Shown here one piece after another: positions 38,186 through 46,485 of a stretch of DNA of 64,000 bases. Location: positions 907,099 through 971,098 of the forward strand of contig OZ252098.1 in assembly GCA_965248355.1 (NCBI GenBank). The letters are read 5' to 3'. Made by a program: the position numbers and the translations under genes. Under the pieces are notes generated by a model. That model was not told the origin of the DNA and ran no database searches. It worked only from the letters and a program-made list of their open reading frames with translations. Numbering within the stretch: position 1 is the first letter of the stretch; every line of letters starts with the position of its first letter. This DNA comes from Candidatus Latescibacterota bacterium (lineage in GTDB: Bacteria; Latescibacterota; UBA2968; UBA8231).

Positions 38186-39307
38186 TCAGACCGCGTAGGC
38201 CACCGAGCCGTCCTGGCGAAGGGGGGTGGCGCCCGTGTTCATCGGCTGGAAGGGCCGTTCGGGGATCAACTCGTCCACCAGCTCCACACCAAGGCCCGGC
38301 ACCTCGGGCACGGGAATATGGCCGCCCTCGCGCCGGTGGGCGCAGCGGTACACCGCGTTCGCCTCGGCCTCGTCGCCCTTGGTGTACTCCTGGGTGATGA
38401 AGTTGGGGATGGAGGCGTCCAGGTGCACGGAGGCGGCCGTCACCAGGGGGCCGAGGAAGTTGTGAGTCACCACGGCGCAGTGGTAGGCCTCGGCGATGGC
38501 GGCGATCTTCTTGCACTGGGTCAGGCCCCCGGCCAGACCCACGTCCGGCCTCACGTACTGGGGGCCGCCGCTCTCCAGCAACTCGCGGAACTCCCAGATG
38601 GTGGTCAGCCGTTCCCCGTTGCCCATGGGCACGTTCGAACGCCGCGCCACCTCGGCCTGGGTCTGGACGCTGTCGATCTGGATGGGGTCCTCGAGGAAGA
38701 ACAGGTTGAAGGGCCGCAGCGCCTCGGCCAGGGTCCAGGCGGTCATGGGGGTCAGCTTGCGGTGGACCTCCACGATCAGGTCGAGGTCGGGCCCGCCGCC
38801 CTCACGGGCCGCGGCGACGAGATCCCGGGCCCGCCCCACCATGCGGTCGATGCCGGTGTCGATGTGGTGGACGGGGTCGAACTTCAGGGCCGTGAATCCC
38901 TCGGCCACAGCGTTCCTCGCGGACTCTAACATGGCCTCCGGCGTATCGGCCCCGCCCAGGAGGTGGAGGCGGATGCGGTCCCGGCAGCGGCCTCCGAGAA
39001 GCTCCCAGACGGGCGCCTGGTAGTGCTTCCCCTTGATGTCCCACAAGGCGATGTCCACGGCGCTCACGGCCCCGGCCAGGGCCGTTCCCCGGAATGGGGA
39101 CATGCGATAGAGGTGTTGCCAGTGGTGCTCGATGCGCAACGGGTCCTGCCCGATGAGATAGCGCTCGAAGGCGGCCACGATGCTCCGCACGGCCTCGGGG
39201 TAGCCCCAGCAGGCGGTCTGCCCGACGCCGGTCAGGCCGTTGTCGGTGGTGATACGCACGACGTAGCCGCCGCCGATCAGGAAGGATTCGATGCGTTCGA
39301 TCTTCAT
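38186..39307 (-). CDS. enolase-superfamily dehydratase, D-galactonate/D-mannonate dehydratase family
   Basis: Start ATG at 39307 (MKIERIESF). Motifs: GVGQT, ALWDIKGK, FFLEDP, GERL, HNFLGP. It is collinear with DgoD-type proteins. Confidence 0.88.
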   Translation of the reverse strand: MKIERIESFLIGGGYVVRITTDNGLTGVGQTACWGYPEAVRSIVAAFERYLIGQDPLRIEHHWQHLYRMSPFRGTALAGAVSAVDIALWDIKGKHYQAPVWELLGGRCRDRIRLHLLGGADTPEAMLESARNAVAEGFTALKFDPVHHIDTGIDRMVGRARDLVAAAREGGGPDLDLIVEVHRKLTPMTAWTLAEALRPFNLFFLEDPIQIDSVQTQAEVARRSNVPMGNGERLTTIWEFRELLESGGPQYVRPDVGLAGGLTQCKKIAAIAEAYHCAVVTHNFLGPLVTAASVHLDASIPNFITQEYTKGDEAEANAVYRCAHRREGGHIPVPEVPGLGVELVDELIPERPFQPMNTGATPLRQDGSVAYAV

Positions 39308-39479
39308 CGCCGAGGGGTCTCCGCTTTTTCGAGACAGGGCTCTGCCGGCTATATTAGCAACCCCTGCCTCGACGACGCGAACCTCCGGCCGTTTCGCCCC
39401 ACCGCAACCGGCCGCTGCGCCCCTGCCGGCTCGGCGCGTCATCGATGTGCCCGCGAGCGATTCCCGGGAGCGAGGACGG

Positions 39480-40436
39480 ATGGAATACGTACAACTTGGG
39501 AGGCTCGGTGTTCGCGTGAGCCGGATCTGTCTGGGCACCGCCTTCCGCGGCCAGCGCGACGACGGCGTCGCCATGCGCGTCATCGATCGGGCCATCGACC
39601 TGGGGTGCAACTTCATCGACTGCGCCAACTTCTACGGCCGGGGGCGCTCCGAGACCGTCCTCGGGCGGGCCATCCGGGACAAGCGCGACGATTTGTTCCT
39701 CACCACCAAGGTGTGGAGCCGGATGGGGCCCGGACCCAACGACGCCGGATCCTCGCGCTACCACATCGCCCGCGAGGTCGAGCGCAGCCTCGGGCGGCTC
39801 GGCACCGACCGCATCGACCTCTACCTGCTTCACAGCTGGGATCCCGACTCGCCCCTGGACGAGACCCTGCGGGCCATGGACGACCTGGTGCGCCAGGGCA
39901 AGGTCCTCTACGTGGGCGCCTGCAATTTCACCGCCGCCCAGGCCGTGGAAGGTCTGTGGACGGCCGACCGCCTCGGCCTCGACGCCTTCGCCTGCCTGCA
40001 GAACGAGTACAACCTACTTCACCGCTGGGAGATCGAGGCGGAGTTGCTGGCCCTGGTCCGCCGCCGCGGGCTCGGGATGATGACCTACAGCCCGCTGGCC
40101 GTGGGCCTGCTCACCGGACGCTTTCGCCGCGGACAGCCGCCGCCCCCGGGATCGCACTGGGCGGGACGCCAGGACTTCGACCAGACCATGTCCGAGCGCA
40201 CCGACGGCGTCGTGCAGACTCTCGTCGACATCGGCTCGCGACACGGCCGGACACCCGCCCAGGTGGCCCTGGCCTGGCTTCTCGACCACCCGGAGGTGAC
40301 GGCGCCGATGATCGGCCCGGACCGGCCCGAGCACGTGGACGAAACCCTCGCTGCCGTCGACTGGCAGCTTCCGTCCGAGGATCGAGCCACCCTCGACGCG
40401 GTGACGAAGGTGGAGCTGTCACGGCAGTACAAGTGA
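39480..40436 (+). CDS. aldo/keto reductase
   Basis: LGRLGVRVSRICLGT, DCANFYG, TTKV, DLYLLHSWD and IGPDRPEH motifs. Confidence 0.92.
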   Translation: MEYVQLGRLGVRVSRICLGTAFRGQRDDGVAMRVIDRAIDLGCNFIDCANFYGRGRSETVLGRAIRDKRDDLFLTTKVWSRMGPGPNDAGSSRYHIAREVERSLGRLGTDRIDLYLLHSWDPDSPLDETLRAMDDLVRQGKVLYVGACNFTAAQAVEGLWTADRLGLDAFACLQNEYNLLHRWEIEAELLALVRRRGLGMMTYSPLAVGLLTGRFRRGQPPPPGSHWAGRQDFDQTMSERTDGVVQTLVDIGSRHGRTPAQVALAWLLDHPEVTAPMIGPDRPEHVDETLAAVDWQLPSEDRATLDAVTKVELSRQYK

Positions 40437-42340
40437 CCGGCGGAGGGTCGGGTGCGCTCCCCGCAAGCGCCCGGCCCGCGGGAAGCCCTCTGCAGCCCCC
40501 GGAGGAGGTCTGGCTCCACTCCGACCTTCGGGGCCGCTATGAGCGCTCGTACCGGTTCTCCCGGCTCGAGGCGAGTCTGCAGGCCGACGAAGCGGGAGCT
40601 GTTGCCGGGCTCCTGACGGCCGTGGAAGAGGCCGTGAGCCGCGGCCTGCACGCCGTGGGCTTCGTCTGCTACGAAGCGGCGCCGGCCTTCGACCCGGCCC
40701 TGTCCTCCCGGCCGGGGGATCCGCTGCTGCCCCTTGCCTGGTTCGGGATCTACCGGAAGAGGCGGGATGCCGCCACCACCGACGGGCCGCCTTTCCTGAA
40801 GTACAGACTGGGCCCTTGGGAGCCGGGCCGCAGCCCGCGGGCACACGCCGCCGCCGTGCGCCGCATTCACGACCATATCGCCGCGGGAGACACCTACCAG
40901 GTGAACTACACCTTTCCCCTGGAAGCCTCCTTCGCGGGCGATCCCGGAGGACTCTACCGCGACCTGCGGCGCTCCCAGGGAGGCGCCGGGTTCTGTGCCT
41001 TTCTGGACCTCGGGCGGGCCGTGGTGGTCTCCGCCTCACCGGAGTTGTTCTTCGCGCTCGGCGCTGACGGCCGCATCGAGGCGCGTCCCATGAAGGGCAC
41101 CCGCCCCCGGGGACGCTGGCTGGAGGAAGACGAGGAACTCGCCCGCGAGCTGATGGCCAGCAGCAAGGAGCGGGCGGAGAACGTCATGATCGTGGACCTG
41201 CTGCGGAACGACCTCGGCCGGGTGGCCAGGAGCGGGTCGGTGCGAGTACCCCGCTTGTGGCAGGCGGAGGCTCTGGACACGGTCTGGCAGATGACCTCGA
41301 CGGTCACCGCAAGGCTGCGGGAGGAGGTGGGGTTGCGGCAGATCTTCGAGGCCCTGTTCCCCTGCGGATCGGTCACCGGGGCGCCGAAGGTGCGCACGAC
41401 CCGGATCATCCGACAGCTCGAGACCACCCCTCGGGGGGTGTACACGGGCTCCATCGGTTACCTGTCTCCAACCGGCCGGGAAGGCGGTGCGGGCCGGCTG
41501 CGGGGGATGGAAGCCCGGTTCTCGGTCGCCATCCGCACGGTCACCCTCGACCGAACGGCCGGCATCGCCAGGGCCGGGGTGGGCGGCGGCATCACCTCCG
41601 ACTCGGAGGCTTCCTCCGAGTACCGGGAATGCCTGACGAAGGCCCGCTTCCTGACCCCTTCCGCGCCCGAGTTCGAGCTCCTCGAGCGTCTCCTGTTTGA
41701 GCCGGAACACGGATACTATCTTCTCGAGCGCCATCTGCGCAGGCTGGAGGGCTCGGCGAGGTATTTCGGATTCGACTTCGACGAAGCCCGGGTGCGCTCC
41801 AGCCTTGCCGCCGCCGCCGCCGGGGCCCGCCGGCCCCTGAGCGTGCGACTGACGATGACCAGGGACGGCCGCACCGCCGTCGAGTCCTTCGAGGCCGAGG
41901 CGGCCCCCTCGGAGATGACGGCGGTCATCGCCCGGCGGGTCGTGGTCGACGACGAGGACCGGTTCCTCTACCACAAGACCACCAACCGCGGGGTCTACGA
42001 CACGGCCCGGACCGAGGCGCGCCGACGCGGCGCCCAGGAGGCGATTCTGCGCAACCAGCGCGGCGAGGTCACCGAAGCCACGGGGGGAAACGTGGTGGTG
42101 GAAACGGCGTCCGGGCGCTTCACTCCGCTCCTTTCCAGCGGACTTCTGCCCGGGACGATGCGCGCCGAATTGCTGGCCAGGGGCGAGGCGAAGGAGCGCC
42201 GCATGCGGGTGGAGGACCTGGAAGCCGCGAAGGCGGTGTACCGGATCGATTCGGTACGGCGCAAGGTGCGCCTGAGGATTCTGGACACGGCCGGCCGGGA
42301 GGCCGTGCCGAAACGAGAGACCGCCGGCTCCGGCCGGTGA
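40433..42340 (+). CDS. pabBC: aminodeoxychorismate synthase component I fused to an aminodeoxychorismate lyase-like fold-IV domain
   Basis: GTGA overlap with the AKR stop. Chorismate-binding motifs: SPELFF, ARPMKGTRPRG, ENVMIVDLLRND, SVTGAPK, GVYTGSIGY. The C-terminal ~230 aa has a class-IV aminotransferase/ADC-lyase pattern (FLYHKTTNRGVY, TEATGGNVV). Confidence 0.85.
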   Translation: MTGGGSGALPASARPAGSPLQPPEEVWLHSDLRGRYERSYRFSRLEASLQADEAGAVAGLLTAVEEAVSRGLHAVGFVCYEAAPAFDPALSSRPGDPLLPLAWFGIYRKRRDAATTDGPPFLKYRLGPWEPGRSPRAHAAAVRRIHDHIAAGDTYQVNYTFPLEASFAGDPGGLYRDLRRSQGGAGFCAFLDLGRAVVVSASPELFFALGADGRIEARPMKGTRPRGRWLEEDEELARELMASSKERAENVMIVDLLRNDLGRVARSGSVRVPRLWQAEALDTVWQMTSTVTARLREEVGLRQIFEALFPCGSVTGAPKVRTTRIIRQLETTPRGVYTGSIGYLSPTGREGGAGRLRGMEARFSVAIRTVTLDRTAGIARAGVGGGITSDSEASSEYRECLTKARFLTPSAPEFELLERLLFEPEHGYYLLERHLRRLEGSARYFGFDFDEARVRSSLAAAAAGARRPLSVRLTMTRDGRTAVESFEAEAAPSEMTAVIARRVVVDDEDRFLYHKTTNRGVYDTARTEARRRGAQEAILRNQRGEVTEATGGNVVVETASGRFTPLLSSGLLPGTMRAELLARGEAKERRMRVEDLEAAKAVYRIDSVRRKVRLRILDTAGREAVPKRETAGSGR

Positions 42341-43554
42341 CTCGGGGAGGGGGCATCGTGTATCGCATGGGAGAGGCGGAGATCCGCCGGATCCGCCGCC
42401 TGATCGAGTCGGGAGAGATCTTCCGCTACGGCTCCGGAGGCGAGTGCGACCGATTCGAGGCGGCCTGGGCCTCCCACCTGGGCGTGAAGTACGCGCGCAT
42501 GACCCGGTCCGGAACCTCCGCCCTGTACACCGCCCTCGTCGGTCTCGGCGTGGGACCGGGGGACCAGGTGGTGGTGCCGGCCTACACCTACATGGCGACG
42601 GCGCTGGCGGTGCTGTCGGCCGGGGCCATCCCCGTGATCGCCGACGTGGACGACTCTCTCACCCTGTCGGCTGCGGACCTGGAACGCCGCCTGACCCGGC
42701 ACACGCGGGCCGTGATCCCCGTGCACATGGTCGGGCTCCCCTGCGACATGGACGGCATCATGAAGGTCGCCCGGCGCCACGACCTGCTCGTCCTGGAAGA
42801 CGCCTGCCAGGCCGTCGGCGGGGGCTACCGGGGCAAGGCCCTGGGAGCGATCGGCCACGCCGGCGCCTTCAGCTTCAACTTCTTCAAGAACATCACCTGC
42901 GGAGAAGGCGGGGCCTTCGTCACCAGGTCCAAGGCGGTGTTCGACCGGGGCTCCGTGGCCGTCGACTGCTGCTCCTTCTACTGGGAAGCGGGCCCGGAGG
43001 CGGACGACGGGCCGCGGTCTCCCGAAGACCTGCAGTTCGCCGGTCACAACTTCCGCGCCTCCGAGTTCGAGGGAGCCATCCTCAACGTCCAGCTCCGGCG
43101 CCTCGATCGGATGCTCGCAAGGATGCGGGATCAGAAGAAGGCCCTGGTCGAGGCCGGGGAGGCCGCGGGTCTGACCTCGATCCGCAACCACAGCCTGGAC
43201 CACGAGTGCGGTACCCACGCCGGTTTCCTGTTCGATACAGCGGAGCGAGCGCGGGCGTTCTCGGCGGAGCTCGGCCGCAGGGGCGTGGGCAGCTTCCGAC
43301 CCGTGGATACGGGCCGCCACGTGTATACCCGGTGGGAGCCGATCCTGCGGCAGCAGGGAGCGCACCATCCGGCCCTGGACCCGTTCAAGATCCCGGCCAA
43401 CCGCAAGTGCCGGGTGAGCTACTCCCGCGACATGTGCGCCCGCTCCCTCGACATCCTGGGGCGCGCCGTGCTGGTGCCGTGCCATCCCGACCACCGAAAG
43501 CCCCGGATCGAGGCCATGATCAGGGGGCTGGAAGACGCCTCGGCTGGGTCATGA
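42337..43554 (+). CDS. DegT/DnrJ/EryC1/StrS family aminotransferase
   Basis: GTGA overlap with the upstream stop. Motifs: SGTSALYTAL, VVVPAYTYMATA, LEDACQAVGG, FSFNFFKNITCGEGG. The start could instead be ATG 42367. Confidence 0.88.
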   Translation: MTRGGGIVYRMGEAEIRRIRRLIESGEIFRYGSGGECDRFEAAWASHLGVKYARMTRSGTSALYTALVGLGVGPGDQVVVPAYTYMATALAVLSAGAIPVIADVDDSLTLSAADLERRLTRHTRAVIPVHMVGLPCDMDGIMKVARRHDLLVLEDACQAVGGGYRGKALGAIGHAGAFSFNFFKNITCGEGGAFVTRSKAVFDRGSVAVDCCSFYWEAGPEADDGPRSPEDLQFAGHNFRASEFEGAILNVQLRRLDRMLARMRDQKKALVEAGEAAGLTSIRNHSLDHECGTHAGFLFDTAERARAFSAELGRRGVGSFRPVDTGRHVYTRWEPILRQQGAHHPALDPFKIPANRKCRVSYSRDMCARSLDILGRAVLVPCHPDHRKPRIEAMIRGLEDASAGS

Positions 43555-45572
43555 AGGGCCCCCCGGAGCTGATCACCGTCGGTTCCGATCCCGGCAGCGG
43601 CGACCGGCGCCTGCTGGCGCCCCGCGCTCTGACGACGCCGTGCGGGCTGGCTCCGCCCGCCGACCTGGCGGCCTGGCGGCGCCGGGCCGCCCACATCCGC
43701 GAACGGATCCTCTCGGTGACCGGGCTCTTGCCGTGGCCGCCGCGGCCGCCCCTGAGAGCCCGCGTCTTCGGCCGCGTCGAGGGGCGGGGCTACTCGGTCG
43801 AAAAGGTCCACTTCGAGAGCCTGCCGGGATTCTTCGTGTGCGGCAATCTCTACCGGCCCCTCGGTCTGAGCGAGGCGGCGCCCGGGATCGCCTGCCCCCA
43901 CGGACACTGGTCGGCGGGCCGGCTCCACCACGAGCCCGTGGGCTCGGTCCCCGGCCGCGGCATCGGTCTGGCCCGCCTCGGCTGCGTGGCCTTCACCTAC
44001 GACATGGTGGGCTACAACGACTCCGCCCAGGTCGAGCACCGCCACCCCTTCGGGCCTGGCGCCGGGCCGTGGGGCGTCGGCCAACTCGGGCTGCAGCTGT
44101 GGAACAGCCTTCGGGTCATCGATTTCCTGTGCTCGCTGGACGACGTCGACGATGGCCGCATCGGCGTCACCGGCGCCTCCGGCGGCGGCACCCAGACCTT
44201 TCTGCTGACGGCCGTCGACGACCGCGTGGCCGCCGCCGCCCCGGTGAACATGATCTCGGGTCACATGCAGGGGGGGTGCGTCTGCGAGAATCAGGCTCAT
44301 CTGCGCATCGATCTGAACAACATCGAGATCGCCGCCTGCGCGGCGCCCCGGCCGCTGATGATGGTCTCGGCCACCGGCGACTGGACCGTGCACACGCCGT
44401 ATCACGAATACCCCGCCGTCCGCCGGGTCTACGATCTCTTCGGAGCCGCTGGCCGCGTCCACACCTGCCAGGTGGAGGCGGAACACAACTACAATCAGGC
44501 GAGCCGGGAGGCCGTGTACGGCTTCTTCCGCCGCTACCTGCTCGATGGTTCGAGCGCATCGGTGCGGGAGGCAGCCCTGGACCCCGTCGATCCGGCGGAT
44601 CTCCAGGTCTTCTCCCGGCATCCCGCCTCGGGCCGGCCCCTGCTGCCGCAACGGGCCCTGGCGCCGCAGGGCCTTGTCGACGCCGTCGAGCGCAGGCTCA
44701 GGCGCCGCAACGCCCTCCTGCAGCCGGGGGACAGCCGCGGACTGCGGCGGTTGCGCTCGGTCCTCGGTCCGGCCCTGAGGCACTCTCTCTCGGCGCGCAT
44801 GCCCGCCGACGGCGAGGTGGATGTCCTGGAGCGGGGGCGGGAGCGCCTGCGCCGGTCCGGAGGAGATCTGTTGTACGAGCGTTTCCTGCTGAGGCTGGAT
44901 GGCGGCGCCGTTCCGGCGCTGATGGTCTCGGCGCCCTCGGCAGCCCGGGGCCCGGCGGCCCTGCTGGTCCACGGCGAGGGCAAGGCGGCGTTGTTCACGG
45001 GGGAGGGGAGACCTCGCGCTCCGGGCCTGGACCTGCTTCGGGCGGGGCACCGGGTGTTGTACATCGATCCCTTTCTCACCGGAGAAGCCGGCGGCGGCGA
45101 TCACCCCTACCCGGGCGAGGGGATCGACCACTTCTTCACCTACAACCCGGTGCCGGCGGCGGCGCGGGTCCAGGACGTGCTCACGGCCCTGGGCTATCTG
45201 CGCGACCGGCACGACACCACCAGCCTGCGCCTGGTCGGTCAGGGGCAGGCCGGCCTCTGGTGCCTGTTCGCCGCCGCCGTGGCCGGCTCCCGGGGGCCGA
45301 GGGCCACCTGTGTCGAGGTGACGGGATTCCACTTCGAGCGGGACTGGGAGGAGACCTGCCCCGTCCCGGCGATCCGCGCCGCCGGCGACGTGACCACCGC
45401 CGCGGCCCTGGTCGCGCCGGCCCGGCTGGCCGTTCACGGGGCCACGGCCGGCCATCGATTCCCGGCCGCCGCTGTCAGGAGGGTCTTCCGGTCGTCGGCC
45501 CACCCCGAGGCCCTGACCATCGCCAGCCGCCCATGGCCGGCCGCCCGGCAGGCGAGCTGGCTCCTGGCCTAG
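43551..45572 (+). CDS. two-domain alpha/beta-hydrolase (AXE1/dienelactone-hydrolase-like N-domain plus degenerate second domain)
   Basis: ATGA overlap with the upstream stop. The N-domain nucleophile elbow is GVTGASGGGTQT. The C-terminal half repeats the fold (LLVHGEGK ... LVGQGQAGLW) but has no Ser in the elbow. Confidence 0.72.
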   Translation: MKGPPELITVGSDPGSGDRRLLAPRALTTPCGLAPPADLAAWRRRAAHIRERILSVTGLLPWPPRPPLRARVFGRVEGRGYSVEKVHFESLPGFFVCGNLYRPLGLSEAAPGIACPHGHWSAGRLHHEPVGSVPGRGIGLARLGCVAFTYDMVGYNDSAQVEHRHPFGPGAGPWGVGQLGLQLWNSLRVIDFLCSLDDVDDGRIGVTGASGGGTQTFLLTAVDDRVAAAAPVNMISGHMQGGCVCENQAHLRIDLNNIEIAACAAPRPLMMVSATGDWTVHTPYHEYPAVRRVYDLFGAAGRVHTCQVEAEHNYNQASREAVYGFFRRYLLDGSSASVREAALDPVDPADLQVFSRHPASGRPLLPQRALAPQGLVDAVERRLRRRNALLQPGDSRGLRRLRSVLGPALRHSLSARMPADGEVDVLERGRERLRRSGGDLLYERFLLRLDGGAVPALMVSAPSAARGPAALLVHGEGKAALFTGEGRPRAPGLDLLRAGHRVLYIDPFLTGEAGGGDHPYPGEGIDHFFTYNPVPAAARVQDVLTALGYLRDRHDTTSLRLVGQGQAGLWCLFAAAVAGSRGPRATCVEVTGFHFERDWEETCPVPAIRAAGDVTTAAALVAPARLAVHGATAGHRFPAAAVRRVFRSSAHPEALTIASRPWPAARQASWLLA

Positions 45573-45597
45573 TGGGGGGCAGGCCCCCGGTCCGGCG

Positions 45598-46485
45598 ATG
45601 AACTCCGAAGAGCTGCAGGCGAAGAAGGGCCGAGGCGAGCCGATCGTGGTGCTCACCTGCTACGACAGCCCTACGGCGGCCTGGCAGGAGGCGGCCGGTG
45701 TCGACGTCGTGTTCTGCGCCGACAGCGTCGGCACGAACCTGCTCGGGTACGACGACGAGCGGCAGGTCACCATGGACGACATGATCCACCACCTCAAGGC
45801 CGTCCGGCGCGGCCTGGGGGACGGCGCCTACCTGCTCGCCGACCTGCCGTACGGCTCCTGCGACCGGCCCGGGGAGGCTCTGGACAACTCCCTGCGCTTC
45901 ACCGCTCTCGGCGCCGACGGCGTCAAGCTGGAGGGATTCAGGCCGGGAGAGGTTGCGGCCCTGAGCGAGCGCGGACTCGACGTGTGGTGCCATCTCGGCC
46001 TGAACCCGCAGATCCATGAGGCCAAGCGGATCAAGGCGCGTACGGCAAAGGCCGCCGCCCGGCTCGTGGAGAGGGCCCTCCGGCTGGAGGACGCGGGGGC
46101 GCGTTTCCTGGTCCTCGAGCTGATCCCGGAGGAGGTGGCCCGCGCCGTCACCGAGCGCCTCGCCATCCCCACCATCGGCATCGCCGCCGGCCGCTTCACG
46201 GATGGTCAGGTACTCGTCGTCACCGACCTGCTCGGTGTCCACGAACTCGATCTGCGCCACGTGCGCCGATACGCCGAGTTCGCGCGGCAGGGGAGACGGG
46301 CCTTCGCCGACTACGCCGCCGATGTGCGCCAGGGCCGCTTTCCCGCCCCCGGGCAGGCATGGCGGATGAAGGAGGGCGAGGCGGCCGAATTCGAGCGGTG
46401 GCTGGCCGGACATCCTTCCATCACGACGCTTCCTTCAGGTCCGCCTGCAGGTCGAGGCGGGGCAGGTCCACATGCCGGACCCTGA
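45598..46485 (+). CDS. panB: 3-methyl-2-oxobutanoate hydroxymethyltransferase
   Basis: VVLTCYD, DSVG, VKLEG and ELIPEEVARAVTERLAIPTIGIAAG motifs. The low-complexity C-terminal tail overlaps the convergent gene. Confidence 0.9.
   Translation: MNSEELQAKKGRGEPIVVLTCYDSPTAAWQEAAGVDVVFCADSVGTNLLGYDDERQVTMDDMIHHLKAVRRGLGDGAYLLADLPYGSCDRPGEALDNSLRFTALGADGVKLEGFRPGEVAALSERGLDVWCHLGLNPQIHEAKRIKARTAKAAARLVERALRLEDAGARFLVLELIPEEVARAVTERLAIPTIGIAAGRFTDGQVLVVTDLLGVHELDLRHVRRYAEFARQGRRAFADYAADVRQGRFPAPGQAWRMKEGEAAEFERWLAGHPSITTLPSGPPAGRGGAGPHAGP

Noticed and set aside
35781-38516. 911-aa minus-strand ORF, the longest in this part of the track
   Set aside because: It has an extreme Arg/Pro/Gly composition with no motifs. 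It is an alternative frame over the well-supported acyl-CoA synthetase (36140..38131) and the flanking genes, which is a typical high-GC shadow ORF.
39328-39355. TTCGAG-N16-TATATT promoter-like element between the divergent dehydratase and aldo/keto reductase genes
   Set aside because: The -35 match is poor and the implied leader is about 120 nt. It is too weak to list as a feature without transcript data.
46421-46485. 65-nt convergent overlap between the panB 3' end and the RNB ribonuclease 3' end
   Set aside because: The panB tail (PSGPPAGRGGAGPHAGP) is low-complexity read-through after the conserved domain. This is probably just late stop codons in GC-rich DNA rather than a functional antisense arrangement.
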